From a virus (Duplodnaviria > Caudoviricetes), in IMG/VR virus record IMGVR_UViG_3300042691_024284, positions 759-64,758 of that record: DNA of 64,000 nt. The stretch is one strand, 5' to 3'. Position numbers and translations under genes: made by a program. Positions 20,535 to 28,647 of this stretch are shown in pieces. Position 1 is the stretch's first letter. Each line of letters starts with the position of its first letter. The notes beneath the pieces are model-generated. The model ran no database searches. It was not told the origin of the DNA and worked only from the letters and a program-made list of their open reading frames with translations.

Positions 20535-22928
20535 TTAAAATGTTCCGCCGACTACTCCACTAGTAAAGGCGTTGGTACTTGCATTATAAGTTAAATCAGA
20601 ATCTACGTACACAGCCTGACTTCCGCTCGTTCCAGTCACAAGCGTGGGGTAGGTTGTTGTTGCAGCTGTGGTTGTTACACTTACTGTTGTGGGTGGCAAG
20701 CCGCTAAATCCAGAGAAGCCGGAGAAACCGGAGATGCCACTAAATCCGGAGATGCCACTAAATCCGGAGATGCCACTAAATCCGGAGGTGCCCGAGAAGC
20801 CGCTAAACCCTGACGTGCCCGAAAAGCCGCTGAACCCAGAGATGCCTGAAAAACCACTAAACCCGGAAGTGCCACTAAATCCAGATGTGCCTGAGAAGCC
20901 ACTAAATCCAGACGTGCCTGAAAAACCACTGAATCCGGAAGTGCCACTAAATCCAGATGTGCCAGAAAAACCACTAAATCCAGATGTGCCTGAGAGGCCA
21001 CTGAATCCGGAGGTGCCGCTAAATCCGGAAATGCCGCTAAATCCGGAGGTGCCTGAGAAGCCAGACTCACCAGAAAAACCGGAAATGCCCGAAAAACCTG
21101 AGAAGCCAGAAAAGCCCGATGTGCCGCTGTAGCCGGACTGGGTGTACATGACCTGCGTCGCGGTGAAGATGACGCCAGGAATGCTCGGACTGACCGGGCT
21201 TGTGCCCGCAGGGACGGACTGAATTGAGACGGCGGTGTTTGTTGTCGCCCATATCATTTCGATATAGTCGCCCGCAACAAGCGATAGCACAAAGTTGACG
21301 GTCATCAGACCATAGCCGTCAATCCCGCCGTGTCGCTGCTGAATACTTAACCGCGTGTCGCTGTCTGGAATATCACCAGCACTACCAGCATTATTTTTAC
21401 GCAGCCAGACATTTACGTCGTGGATCTGTGTGTCTGTGTTGACAAACTGGATTGAGAACGTGAGGCTGTATACACCAGTTGTACTAAATGTAACGCGGCT
21501 ACCAGAAACAACGCTAACCCCGAGGTTTGCCGGATCAGCGCTGTTTAATCCAACCGGATAGGCAGTGTTTGCTGCGACAGCTACCTGATCGGTGGTGTCC
21601 CAGAACGAGCCCCAATTGCCTATCGCTCCGCCAACGCCCGGAGCTCCGCTTTGTCCGGAGAAACCGGAGAAGCCGGAAGTACCTGAGAAGCCGCTAAAGC
21701 CCGACGTGCCGGAGAAACCGCTGTAACCTGACTCGCCAGAAAAGCCACTAAAGCCTGAAGTGCCGGAGAAGCCGCTGTAACCTGATTCGCCAGAGAAGCC
21801 ACTAAAGCCTGATGTTCCACTAAAGCCCGAGATGCCGGAAAAGCCGCTGTAACCAGATTCACCAGAAAAACCGCTATAACCCGACTCACCTGAAAAACCG
21901 GAGAAACCGCTGTAGCCTGATTCACCAGAAAAGCCACTAAAGCCGGAGATACCGGAGAAGCCGCTGTAACCCGAGATGCCACTAAACCCACTAAAACCAG
22001 AGATGCCGCTGTAACCAGAAATGCCGTTTACAACGGCAAAAATGATTGGCAAGTCATTTGCGAAGTTTGTTGTGCCCGTACCAGACGACGACAAGAGCGT
22101 AACCGGAATTGACCAATACGTGCCGTTATCTGTGGGAGTGCCTGTTACGCTCCATGTTTGTTTGTTGGCGCTGTTGGCACTATCTTGGATTACAAACTGC
22201 TCGGTTGCGCTAATAAGCGCTAAGAAAATGCTAATGTCAACGTTATTATCAGCAAAACTACTGATGTTGATTTGTGTAGCGCTAGTTTGTGTTACGTTAT
22301 TCCACAGGATGTATTCTGCGCCCGGATCACCGCTTTGGCTTGTAGTATTTGCCTTGTAGAAATAATAGGTGCTTGATACGCCGCTTGTTCCAGAAAAACC
22401 GCTGTACCCTGAAAAACCACTCGTGCCCGAGAAACCAGACGTACCAGAAAAGCCGCTAAAGCCGGACGTGCCGGAGAAGCCACTAAAGCCGGAGATACCA
22501 GAAAAGCCACTAAAGCCGGAGATACCGGAGAAGCCTGAGATACCTGAAAAGCCTGAGATACCTGAAAAACCGCTAAATCCTGACGTGCCAGAGTAGCCGC
22601 TGAATCCAGACGGGCCAATAACATTACCGGCGTTTATCGTTGTGTTATCAGTTTCAACAAGGATAAGATCGCCGTTTATATCAACATAGGCGTTCTTAAA
22701 TCCAGGTACTGGGCCTACGGTAGACGTAGATCCATCACTGTAGTAAAACGTGATAAGATAAGTTGTCGGGTCATAAGTGACATTTGTAATCAACTTGCCC
22801 GGAGTGGCGGCATTAGCAATCTGCGAGACAGACGCCTGTTTTGTGATGCCGTTTTGTACAATAGGCACCTGCTCGTTGCCAGTCAAGGACAACGCGACAG
22901 GTAGCTGGGTTATCGCTTTGTTGGCCAT
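20535..22928 (-). CDS. Collagen-like fibre with (Ser-Gly-X)n tracts and C1q/BclA-like domains
   Basis: Three long SGFSGISGTSGY tracts separated by globular domains. Confidence 0.8.
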   Translation of the reverse strand: MANKAITQLPVALSLTGNEQVPIVQNGITKQASVSQIANAATPGKLITNVTYDPTTYLITFYYSDGSTSTVGPVPGFKNAYVDINGDLILVETDNTTINAGNVIGPSGFSGYSGTSGFSGFSGISGFSGISGFSGISGFSGFSGISGFSGFSGTSGFSGFSGTSGFSGTSGFSGYSGFSGTSGVSSTYYFYKANTTSQSGDPGAEYILWNNVTQTSATQINISSFADNNVDISIFLALISATEQFVIQDSANSANKQTWSVTGTPTDNGTYWSIPVTLLSSSGTGTTNFANDLPIIFAVVNGISGYSGISGFSGFSGISGYSGFSGISGFSGFSGESGYSGFSGFSGESGYSGFSGESGYSGFSGISGFSGTSGFSGFSGESGYSGFSGTSGFSGFSGESGYSGFSGTSGFSGFSGTSGFSGFSGQSGAPGVGGAIGNWGSFWDTTDQVAVAANTAYPVGLNSADPANLGVSVVSGSRVTFSTTGVYSLTFSIQFVNTDTQIHDVNVWLRKNNAGSAGDIPDSDTRLSIQQRHGGIDGYGLMTVNFVLSLVAGDYIEMIWATTNTAVSIQSVPAGTSPVSPSIPGVIFTATQVMYTQSGYSGTSGFSGFSGFSGISGFSGESGFSGTSGFSGISGFSGTSGFSGLSGTSGFSGFSGTSGFSGTSGFSGFSGTSGFSGFSGTSGFSGTSGFSGFSGISGFSGFSGTSGFSGFSGTSGFSGISGFSGISGFSGISGFSGFSGFSGLPPTTVSVTTTAATTTYPTLVTGTSGSQAVYVDSDLTYNASTNAFTSGVVGGTF
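20690..22610. repeat. Degenerate 9-bp tandem repeats (three tracts) encoding SGX triplets
   Basis: Tracts at about 20690-21140, 21640-22020 and 22380-22610. Confidence 0.9.
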
Positions 22929-22932
22929 TTAA

Positions 22933-23556
22933 TTATGTATATGTAAAGGCGCCGTGGTACACCGCTGTTCCGTAAGTAGAGGTTGCTGAAATATCAATCA
23001 GGCCTGTAACGGGATATGCCGGCGAGGTTGCAATTATTTGCTGTGGATTTGTTATGGAGAACGTTGCGTTTTGATTTCCAAACTTAACCGTTACCACGCT
23101 GTTAAAATTTGTTCCAGTAATTGTTACTGAAGTGCCGCCGGCCTGCGGTCCTGTAATTGGTGTTACATTAGTGATGGTCGGCGCAAGCGATGAGGGGAGA
23201 TTTATAAACTTGCTGGCTAAGTTTATATCGCCGGGAGCCCCAGCCTCACCATACGGTGTGCCCTCGATAAAAAAGTTATCGTACTGAATAAAGTTATTTG
23301 GGTTGCCTTCTGTGTCTAACAGATTGTTTTCAATTGCAATAGACACATCCGGACGCGGAAATCTAAGTGTGATGTTTTCCGTCTGCCGCGCGGGCAAGCG
23401 CCAAGGATCGTAGTTATCCTTGTCGTCCTTGCACACGCGCATGCCGGGGAAATTTGGATCCGGCATTAAATCGACGTACGGAAACTTCCTGTTGCAGCGA
23501 TCACAGATCGCCACAGACAGGACAGAATTACCTCGAGTATCGAGGTAAACAGACAC
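22933..23556 (-). CDS. Cys-motif virion protein with C-terminal IPT/TIG domain
   Basis: CDRC...VC..D.D at the N-terminus; P.IT.V.P..GP.AGGT.VTITGTNF. Confidence 0.75.
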   Translation of the reverse strand: MSVYLDTRGNSVLSVAICDRCNRKFPYVDLMPDPNFPGMRVCKDDKDNYDPWRLPARQTENITLRFPRPDVSIAIENNLLDTEGNPNNFIQYDNFFIEGTPYGEAGAPGDINLASKFINLPSSLAPTITNVTPITGPQAGGTSVTITGTNFNSVVTVKFGNQNATFSITNPQQIIATSPAYPVTGLIDISATSTYGTAVYHGAFTYT

Positions 23557-23867
23557 TACTTAACTCCAGCCTGGACTACAGTTAACGTGTCTCCAATTGC
23601 TCCACCGCTTAAACGTATAGCACGAAACGGCTGACCCAAAGAGGTTGCGCCGTTGGGGGCTGTTGTCGGTGCAGCAATCCACGAAAAAGTGGGAGAAACA
23701 AAGTTTCCGTTTGACACAGGAAAAGGATCGGTAAGCGAGACCTCAACTGTTCCCGACCCCGTTTTAGCGTAAGAAACGCTAAACGGGGTCAAGTACTGGT
23801 CAAGCACAACCGGAGGAGTTTCCGTAGCGCCTAATAAATTAGGCACGGTTACGGTTGTCTGACGCAT
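23556..23867 (-). CDS. Small structural protein
   Basis: 103 aa; RBS GGAGG. Confidence 0.65.
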   Translation of the reverse strand: MRQTTVTVPNLLGATETPPVVLDQYLTPFSVSYAKTGSGTVEVSLTDPFPVSNGNFVSPTFSWIAAPTTAPNGATSLGQPFRAIRLSGGAIGDTLTVVQAGVK

Positions 23868-23880
23868 AGTTGCCTCCTAA

Positions 23881-24369
23881 TTAAACAGGAGTTACAAGGC
23901 CGCTGGCGTCGGACGGAGCCCAGTCAGATCCGGCAGTTGCACCGACTGCGGTGTAGATAATTCCTGTAGCGTAGTCAACAACCATCTTGCCGGTGTATTT
24001 GCCGGTAGTGTTGATAGCGTTGGTGATATCTGCAACTGCTGCAGCTGTACTGGTTGGCAGGGCAAACGATCCACCGAGCGTAATGTTGCCGGTTGATGTG
24101 ACGGTGCCTGTCAGTGTGAGGCCGTTTACAGTGCCAGTGCCTGCGACTGATGTAACGGTGCCCGCGCCGTTCGTGGTCCAGGTTAGCGTGCCGGTGCCGT
24201 TAGTCGTGAGAACTTGGCCGTTGGTGCCGGCGCCGTTGGGGAACGTCAGAGTGGTGTCGACCGACAGAGCTGCGGGAGCCTGAATGGTCAGAGTTTTTTC
24301 AGACGTCGATGCGATGCTGATAAAACCGTTTTGGGACGCTACTGGTCCCGAAAAAGTAGTGCGTGACAT
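23881..24369 (-). CDS. Putative capsid decoration/fibre protein
   Basis: MSRTTFSGPV start and GTVTSV repeats; follows the capsid gene. Confidence 0.65.
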   Translation of the reverse strand: MSRTTFSGPVASQNGFISIASTSEKTLTIQAPAALSVDTTLTFPNGAGTNGQVLTTNGTGTLTWTTNGAGTVTSVAGTGTVNGLTLTGTVTSTGNITLGGSFALPTSTAAAVADITNAINTTGKYTGKMVVDYATGIIYTAVGATAGSDWAPSDASGLVTPV

Positions 24370-24463
24370 GTTCTATTCCATTTCTTAGTGGATTCCCCAG
24401 CAGTCTCTAAGTCGTCTGCCGGGAAGTGCGCGGCAGTCTGAATGGGGTAAATTCTTCCTATGT

Positions 24464-24474
24464 CTACTTATGCA
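24464..24474 (-). promoter_or_regulatory. Phage-specific promoter motif TGCATAAGTAG
   Basis: Repeated motif, directly after the capsid terminator. Confidence 0.7.
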
Positions 24475-24486
24475 GAAAAACCAATA

Positions 24487-24518
24487 AAAAAGCCCCGAAG
24501 ATTTCTCTCCGGGGCTTT
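24487..24518 (-). terminator. Intrinsic terminator after major capsid gene
   Basis: AAAGCCCCG...CGGGGCTTT hairpin with U-tract on the minus strand. Confidence 0.8.
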
Positions 24519-24535
24519 GCCTGCTTGGGTCTTGA

Positions 24536-25453
24536 TTAGACGCCAGGCGTTCCGTAAATGTTACGGGCATCGTGCCAACCAGTGGCGTAACGCTCCGTAG
24601 CTTTGTAACGCATAGAGTCAGTCTCAAAATCACCTTCCATGGATTTCTCCATGGGGCGACGCATGACCAGCATTAGACCGTTTTCGGCGTCGGTCTGGAT
24701 CCACCAAGCCTTCGTGGAGCTCAGACGGGTCACAACGTGTGCGCCCTTCGGAAGCATACCAGTTGACTTGATCGGGTTCAGATCGTTGTCGGCCGTACCG
24801 GAGCGGAGAACAGACTTGAGGATAACCTCTGCCTGGAACTCGAGCGCCGGCGGAACGATCAGCTGCTCTGCCTTCAGACGGATACGCTTACCATTGTTGT
24901 CAATAGCGCCGCGGATCTGGATGAGCATCTGCTCAACCGAGGTCTGGGACAGGTTGGCTGGCGTTGCCAGGACGTTGCTGTACGTCAGACCGTTAGCAAC
25001 AGGGTGTGCGCTGTTGTTCAGCGTCACGCCGTCGCCGCCGGTGTAGCCTGCGGTGAACGCGAAGTTCAGCAGGTTGGCGCACAGGGTTTCTTTGGTCTCA
25101 ATCATGGACTGAGCCAGATGTTTAGCAAACGTGCTGCCGATACGGATATGATCGCCGTCTTCCATCAAAACCTTGGTCAGCGCGTAAGCAAGACCGTAGA
25201 TCTGATAAATGAATCGGGTGATGTACAGCGTACCGCCTTGATCGTACGAAACCGGGGTTCCGTCGGGCATTGCGGGTGCTGCGTTCATACCGAAGAGCAT
25301 CACTTCTTCATGATAGTTGCGCGGAATACCTTGGATTTGCTGTACAAACCCTTTCCACTCATCATCACGTTGCTCATAAACACCGTCAAAGACTTCGTTG
25401 ATAATCGGTTCGACTACCGCACGAAAGTCCGTACTACGCATTGGGGCTGCCAT
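24536..25453 (-). CDS. Major capsid protein
   Basis: 305 aa; GDGV.L..SAHP, LIVPP.LEF.A..IL.S, GTADND.N and EGDFETD..RYKA.ERY..GW.D.R motifs. Confidence 0.9.
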   Translation of the reverse strand: MAAPMRSTDFRAVVEPIINEVFDGVYEQRDDEWKGFVQQIQGIPRNYHEEVMLFGMNAAPAMPDGTPVSYDQGGTLYITRFIYQIYGLAYALTKVLMEDGDHIRIGSTFAKHLAQSMIETKETLCANLLNFAFTAGYTGGDGVTLNNSAHPVANGLTYSNVLATPANLSQTSVEQMLIQIRGAIDNNGKRIRLKAEQLIVPPALEFQAEVILKSVLRSGTADNDLNPIKSTGMLPKGAHVVTRLSSTKAWWIQTDAENGLMLVMRRPMEKSMEGDFETDSMRYKATERYATGWHDARNIYGTPGV

Positions 25454-25477
25454 TGCTTAATCCTTTCTTTCGTTTAG

Positions 25478-26140
25478 TTAGGGCGATACACGGGCTGCAA
25501 CGAAGGTGTTGTTGGCGATTTGAACTTGCACGATAGTGTAGGTGTCGCCCCATGCGTTTGTTTCGCCCGGGGGATACGCCACTTCGCGGCCCAAACCAAC
25601 AACTCTAACTTGACCTTGAGCTCCTGAAGCGACAGGTGTGTCGTTCAGTGCGCAGGTCGAGAAGCCAGCACCACCGTTACCGATGGCAGTACCATCTGTA
25701 GGCGCTAGACCCGCTGCGGTTTCAAAATTAAACTGCTCGCCAATGCCTGCGGTTGTAACCGAGCCATTAACTTGAGCTTCGTAGATCACTGCCGGATCAG
25801 TCCAGACCCAGAAGACGATGTCAGAAGAAGCATCAAGAGTCAGCTTAGACGCCCACTTAGCTACGGAGCGACGGCCTTGCGAATCGGTAAATTCGACGCC
25901 ATCAAAAACACCGTAAACAGGAGACGTGGCAGCCGCTGCAGCAGCAATTGTCAATTGGCCAGAAGCATTAAGGCCTACGGGCTGGTATTGGTAAAAAGCT
26001 TCACCAGAACCAAGCGAGTACGGCGCCGAGTATACACTTCCGGTGGTGTAGCTGTTCGTGCCAACAAAAGGAGTTGCACGATCAAGACCACTGGGGTGAT
26101 ACACGGGCTTCAGACCAAAGGGTTTCAATGTAGTTGCCAT
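25478..26140 (-). CDS. Putative capsid cement/minor capsid protein
   Basis: PFGLKPV start; immediately upstream of the capsid gene. Confidence 0.65.
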   Translation of the reverse strand: MATTLKPFGLKPVYHPSGLDRATPFVGTNSYTTGSVYSAPYSLGSGEAFYQYQPVGLNASGQLTIAAAAAATSPVYGVFDGVEFTDSQGRRSVAKWASKLTLDASSDIVFWVWTDPAVIYEAQVNGSVTTAGIGEQFNFETAAGLAPTDGTAIGNGGAGFSTCALNDTPVASGAQGQVRVVGLGREVAYPPGETNAWGDTYTIVQVQIANNTFVAARVSP

Positions 26141-26167
26141 TTGATTTCCTTTGTTTGTTGAAGAATG

Positions 26168-26719
26168 TTATTCAAAGCGAACACTCTTGTTCGCTCTGGC
26201 GGCCTCTTTTTCCATTTCCAAAATTCCACCTTCCAGGATTGACCGACCGCCTTTACCCTCTTGCGAGTTGCTCCGGACAGCGGACGTAATGTTACGCTGG
26301 TGCTCGAGGGGGTCCTCAAGGTGCAGCATACGCATTACTTCCTGATAGATTTCTTCTGGTAACTTGAAGAGAACCATCTCGTTACAGCTAACACAGCCTT
26401 CAAACTTGCCTGAACTCATCTTGCCAAGTGATTCAAAGCCTTTTCCTAACTCGCTGGCTTTCACGGGCTCATAGCCTAGTGCTAAACGTTTGTCGATACT
26501 GTCGTACTGGTTTGTAGTGCTTAACCAGCACAAATGAAATCCCGGAATTGCATCTTTCGGGAGGCTTGGCAGTGCGCTATTCTGCCATTTATCACGGAAC
26601 GCATCAATACGTTCCCGGCGCTTGACATCTTCTTCGTTCGCAGTGTTGCGATTCTTAACTTCGTTGACTCGTTCTTCTAAACGGTCATCCAAGTCGCGTT
26701 TAATTCTTGCGTTTGCCAT
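26168..26719 (-). CDS. Head-module protein
   Basis: IPGFHLCWL and GYEPV motifs; between scaffold and capsid genes. Confidence 0.65.
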   Translation of the reverse strand: MANARIKRDLDDRLEERVNEVKNRNTANEEDVKRRERIDAFRDKWQNSALPSLPKDAIPGFHLCWLSTTNQYDSIDKRLALGYEPVKASELGKGFESLGKMSSGKFEGCVSCNEMVLFKLPEEIYQEVMRMLHLEDPLEHQRNITSAVRSNSQEGKGGRSILEGGILEMEKEAARANKSVRFE

Positions 26720-26721
26720 AA

Positions 26722-27717
26722 TTATCCTCGATTCTGTCTATCGTACGCGGCGTAAGCCTTAATCATTGCGTTGCGCTTTGTGGGATCGTCCCATGCGCCC
26801 GCATCCTTAATCGCTTGAACACGTTCACGACTTAGCGTGATTGTGTTGGCGGACTTGGCTGACGGATTTGCCGTCCGGCTTGATGCCGTGGGGCTGACCC
26901 GTTTAGCGCTTGTCCCCGTTCTTGCTGCGTACCTGTGAGGCAAACGTACAGCCAATCGATTATCCAGCTCGTCCCAATATTCCGGATCTGCTGGGTCCCA
27001 TCCATCAGCTGCTAACTCTTGGTCGATCACTTTGGCGATGCGGCTGTCTGTGTCGCGCGCCTGCGGATCGTACCATTTATTCTTTTGCAACCACCCTGTT
27101 GCCAATTCCTGCATCTCTGATGCGCGCGGTGTTGGCACATTTTGAGGGGGTTGCTTTACTTGATCCAGCTGCTGCTTTTTGTAAGCCTGCATGCCGGCAA
27201 GTCTATTTTTTGCTTCCTGCAGCTGCTCCAAGTATTCAACCTGAGAAGCTGCGTCGTTACTTTGCGCTGCTTGTAGCAGCTTCATCTTGGCATATTCGAC
27301 CCGAGTTGCCTCGTCTTCGATAGCCTTGTCTACCTGAGCAAACTGGTATGAGGTTGCTGCGTTCTCTACGGCAGCAAGGCGCCTAGCAAGTTCCTCATTT
27401 TTACGCTCAAGCGCGCTGATTTTGTGTTTAGCAGAGGCTTCCCGCTGTTTAGCAAGTTCTTTTTTAAGCCTACGCTCTTCCCGACGAGCCTCGCGAATTC
27501 TCTGTCGATCTTCGTCGGTCTCAGCATCCTCGTCGTCTGAACCGTCAGCGTCCCCGGACTCGTCAGAATCATTTGCGTCAGAGGCTTCAACTTCAATTTC
27601 GGCCTCCTTCTCATTATCTTTCTTGTCTTCATCGAAGGGATCCTCTTCCGCTTCTACAGCCGCCATTACGCGGCCGTCGTCCAGTTCTTTCACTGGGATA
27701 TTCTTTTCGTCTGCCAT
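26722..27717 (-). CDS. Putative scaffolding protein
   Basis: Acidic N-terminus, coiled coil, W...N.WY and P...EYW.ELD.RL motifs. Confidence 0.7.
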   Translation of the reverse strand: MADEKNIPVKELDDGRVMAAVEAEEDPFDEDKKDNEKEAEIEVEASDANDSDESGDADGSDDEDAETDEDRQRIREARREERRLKKELAKQREASAKHKISALERKNEELARRLAAVENAATSYQFAQVDKAIEDEATRVEYAKMKLLQAAQSNDAASQVEYLEQLQEAKNRLAGMQAYKKQQLDQVKQPPQNVPTPRASEMQELATGWLQKNKWYDPQARDTDSRIAKVIDQELAADGWDPADPEYWDELDNRLAVRLPHRYAARTGTSAKRVSPTASSRTANPSAKSANTITLSRERVQAIKDAGAWDDPTKRNAMIKAYAAYDRQNRG

Positions 27718-27735
27718 TTTTCACTTTCTACAAAG

Positions 27736-28176
27736 TTAATCTACGAAGGCGCGCATGCGTTGTGCGTGCTCAAAGCTTTTGATGACCGAGATAATTTCCC
27801 TGGCTTGGATGGTGATAAACACCACCGGGGATCCCTCATCATCAGGCGAAACAACAAATCGGTCACCACCGTATTTGATTGTCCGCACCAAGTCTCCAAC
27901 CTTACACCAGGGGCCCTCGGGCCACGGCTCCAGTGAGTCTGGGCTTTTGTACGCAAGCTGTCCTATCTGGATAACCTTTGCCACCGTTTCGTTAAATCTT
28001 AGGGTGGCTCGGGTCTCGTCTACCAAGATAATCCCGCCTTTGCTTTTTGCCTTCTCTCGACGCAGCTGGACCAAAACTCGGTCGCCTACTACGTCAATGC
28101 CCGGATCGATTTTCGGAAAACATTCCTCTTCCGTTCGGAGGTCGGGCTCCTCTTTTTGCATAACATCAAATGCCAT
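27736..28176 (-). CDS. GroES-like co-chaperonin
   Basis: GDRVLV...KSKGGIIL, WCKVGD.V...KYGG. Confidence 0.8.
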   Translation of the reverse strand: MAFDVMQKEEPDLRTEEECFPKIDPGIDVVGDRVLVQLRREKAKSKGGIILVDETRATLRFNETVAKVIQIGQLAYKSPDSLEPWPEGPWCKVGDLVRTIKYGGDRFVVSPDDEGSPVVFITIQAREIISVIKSFEHAQRMRAFVD

Positions 28177-28193
28177 ACGGCAGTCCTCCTAGG

Positions 28194-28385
28194 CTATTCA
28201 GCCTCGTCGTTCTCAGTTAAAATGTCATCGATGATGACGAGGGCTTTTGTTAAGCCCTCTGCTTGACCCACGAGCCTCTGGTACTGATCAAAGCTGTGAA
28301 CATTCGCTCCGGACGCGATACCCGCGTCCAAAATAGATTTCTGTTCTCGAATTCGGCGAATTACCTCGCCGATAATATCTCGCAT
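28194..28385 (-). CDS. Small head-module protein
   Basis: Y..LVG...GL motif commonly preceding phage GroES genes. Confidence 0.6.
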   Translation of the reverse strand: MRDIIGEVIRRIREQKSILDAGIASGANVHSFDQYQRLVGQAEGLTKALVIIDDILTENDEAE

Positions 28386-28389
28386 AAAA

Positions 28390-28400
28390 CCACCTATGCA
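28390..28400 (-). promoter_or_regulatory. Variant phage promoter TGCATAGGTGG, only 4 nt before ATG (possible leaderless mRNA)
   Basis: Variant of the 9-copy motif. Confidence 0.5.
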
Positions 28401-28425
28401 AGATATAAGGAACTACCGCCCCAAA

Positions 28426-28647
28426 TTAATAGCGCGGGCCGAAAGTATCTTTTACGTTGGTGTAGGGGCCGACCGGCGCGCGACTCGAAGTCTTAGCCTG
28501 GGCAGCACCACGCTTCCAGTTATTATCGCGATGAGATCCTGATGAGCCCGGATCAATATCCGTCGCTCCGTTGCCGCCGCCATAACCCGGTTTGCCGGTC
28601 TCCTGATAGGTCTGACGAAATCCTTTTAGTTGCTGGTCTGATGCCAT
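28426..28647 (-). CDS. Small hypothetical protein
   Basis: TAATG coupling to portal; RBS AGGAG. Confidence 0.6.
   Translation of the reverse strand: MASDQQLKGFRQTYQETGKPGYGGGNGATDIDPGSSGSHRDNNWKRGAAQAKTSSRAPVGPYTNVKDTFGPRY

Noticed and set aside
20668-21132. PEKPLN-repeat ORFs on the plus strand (also 22369-22596)
   Set aside because: Antisense shadow of the SGX repeats.
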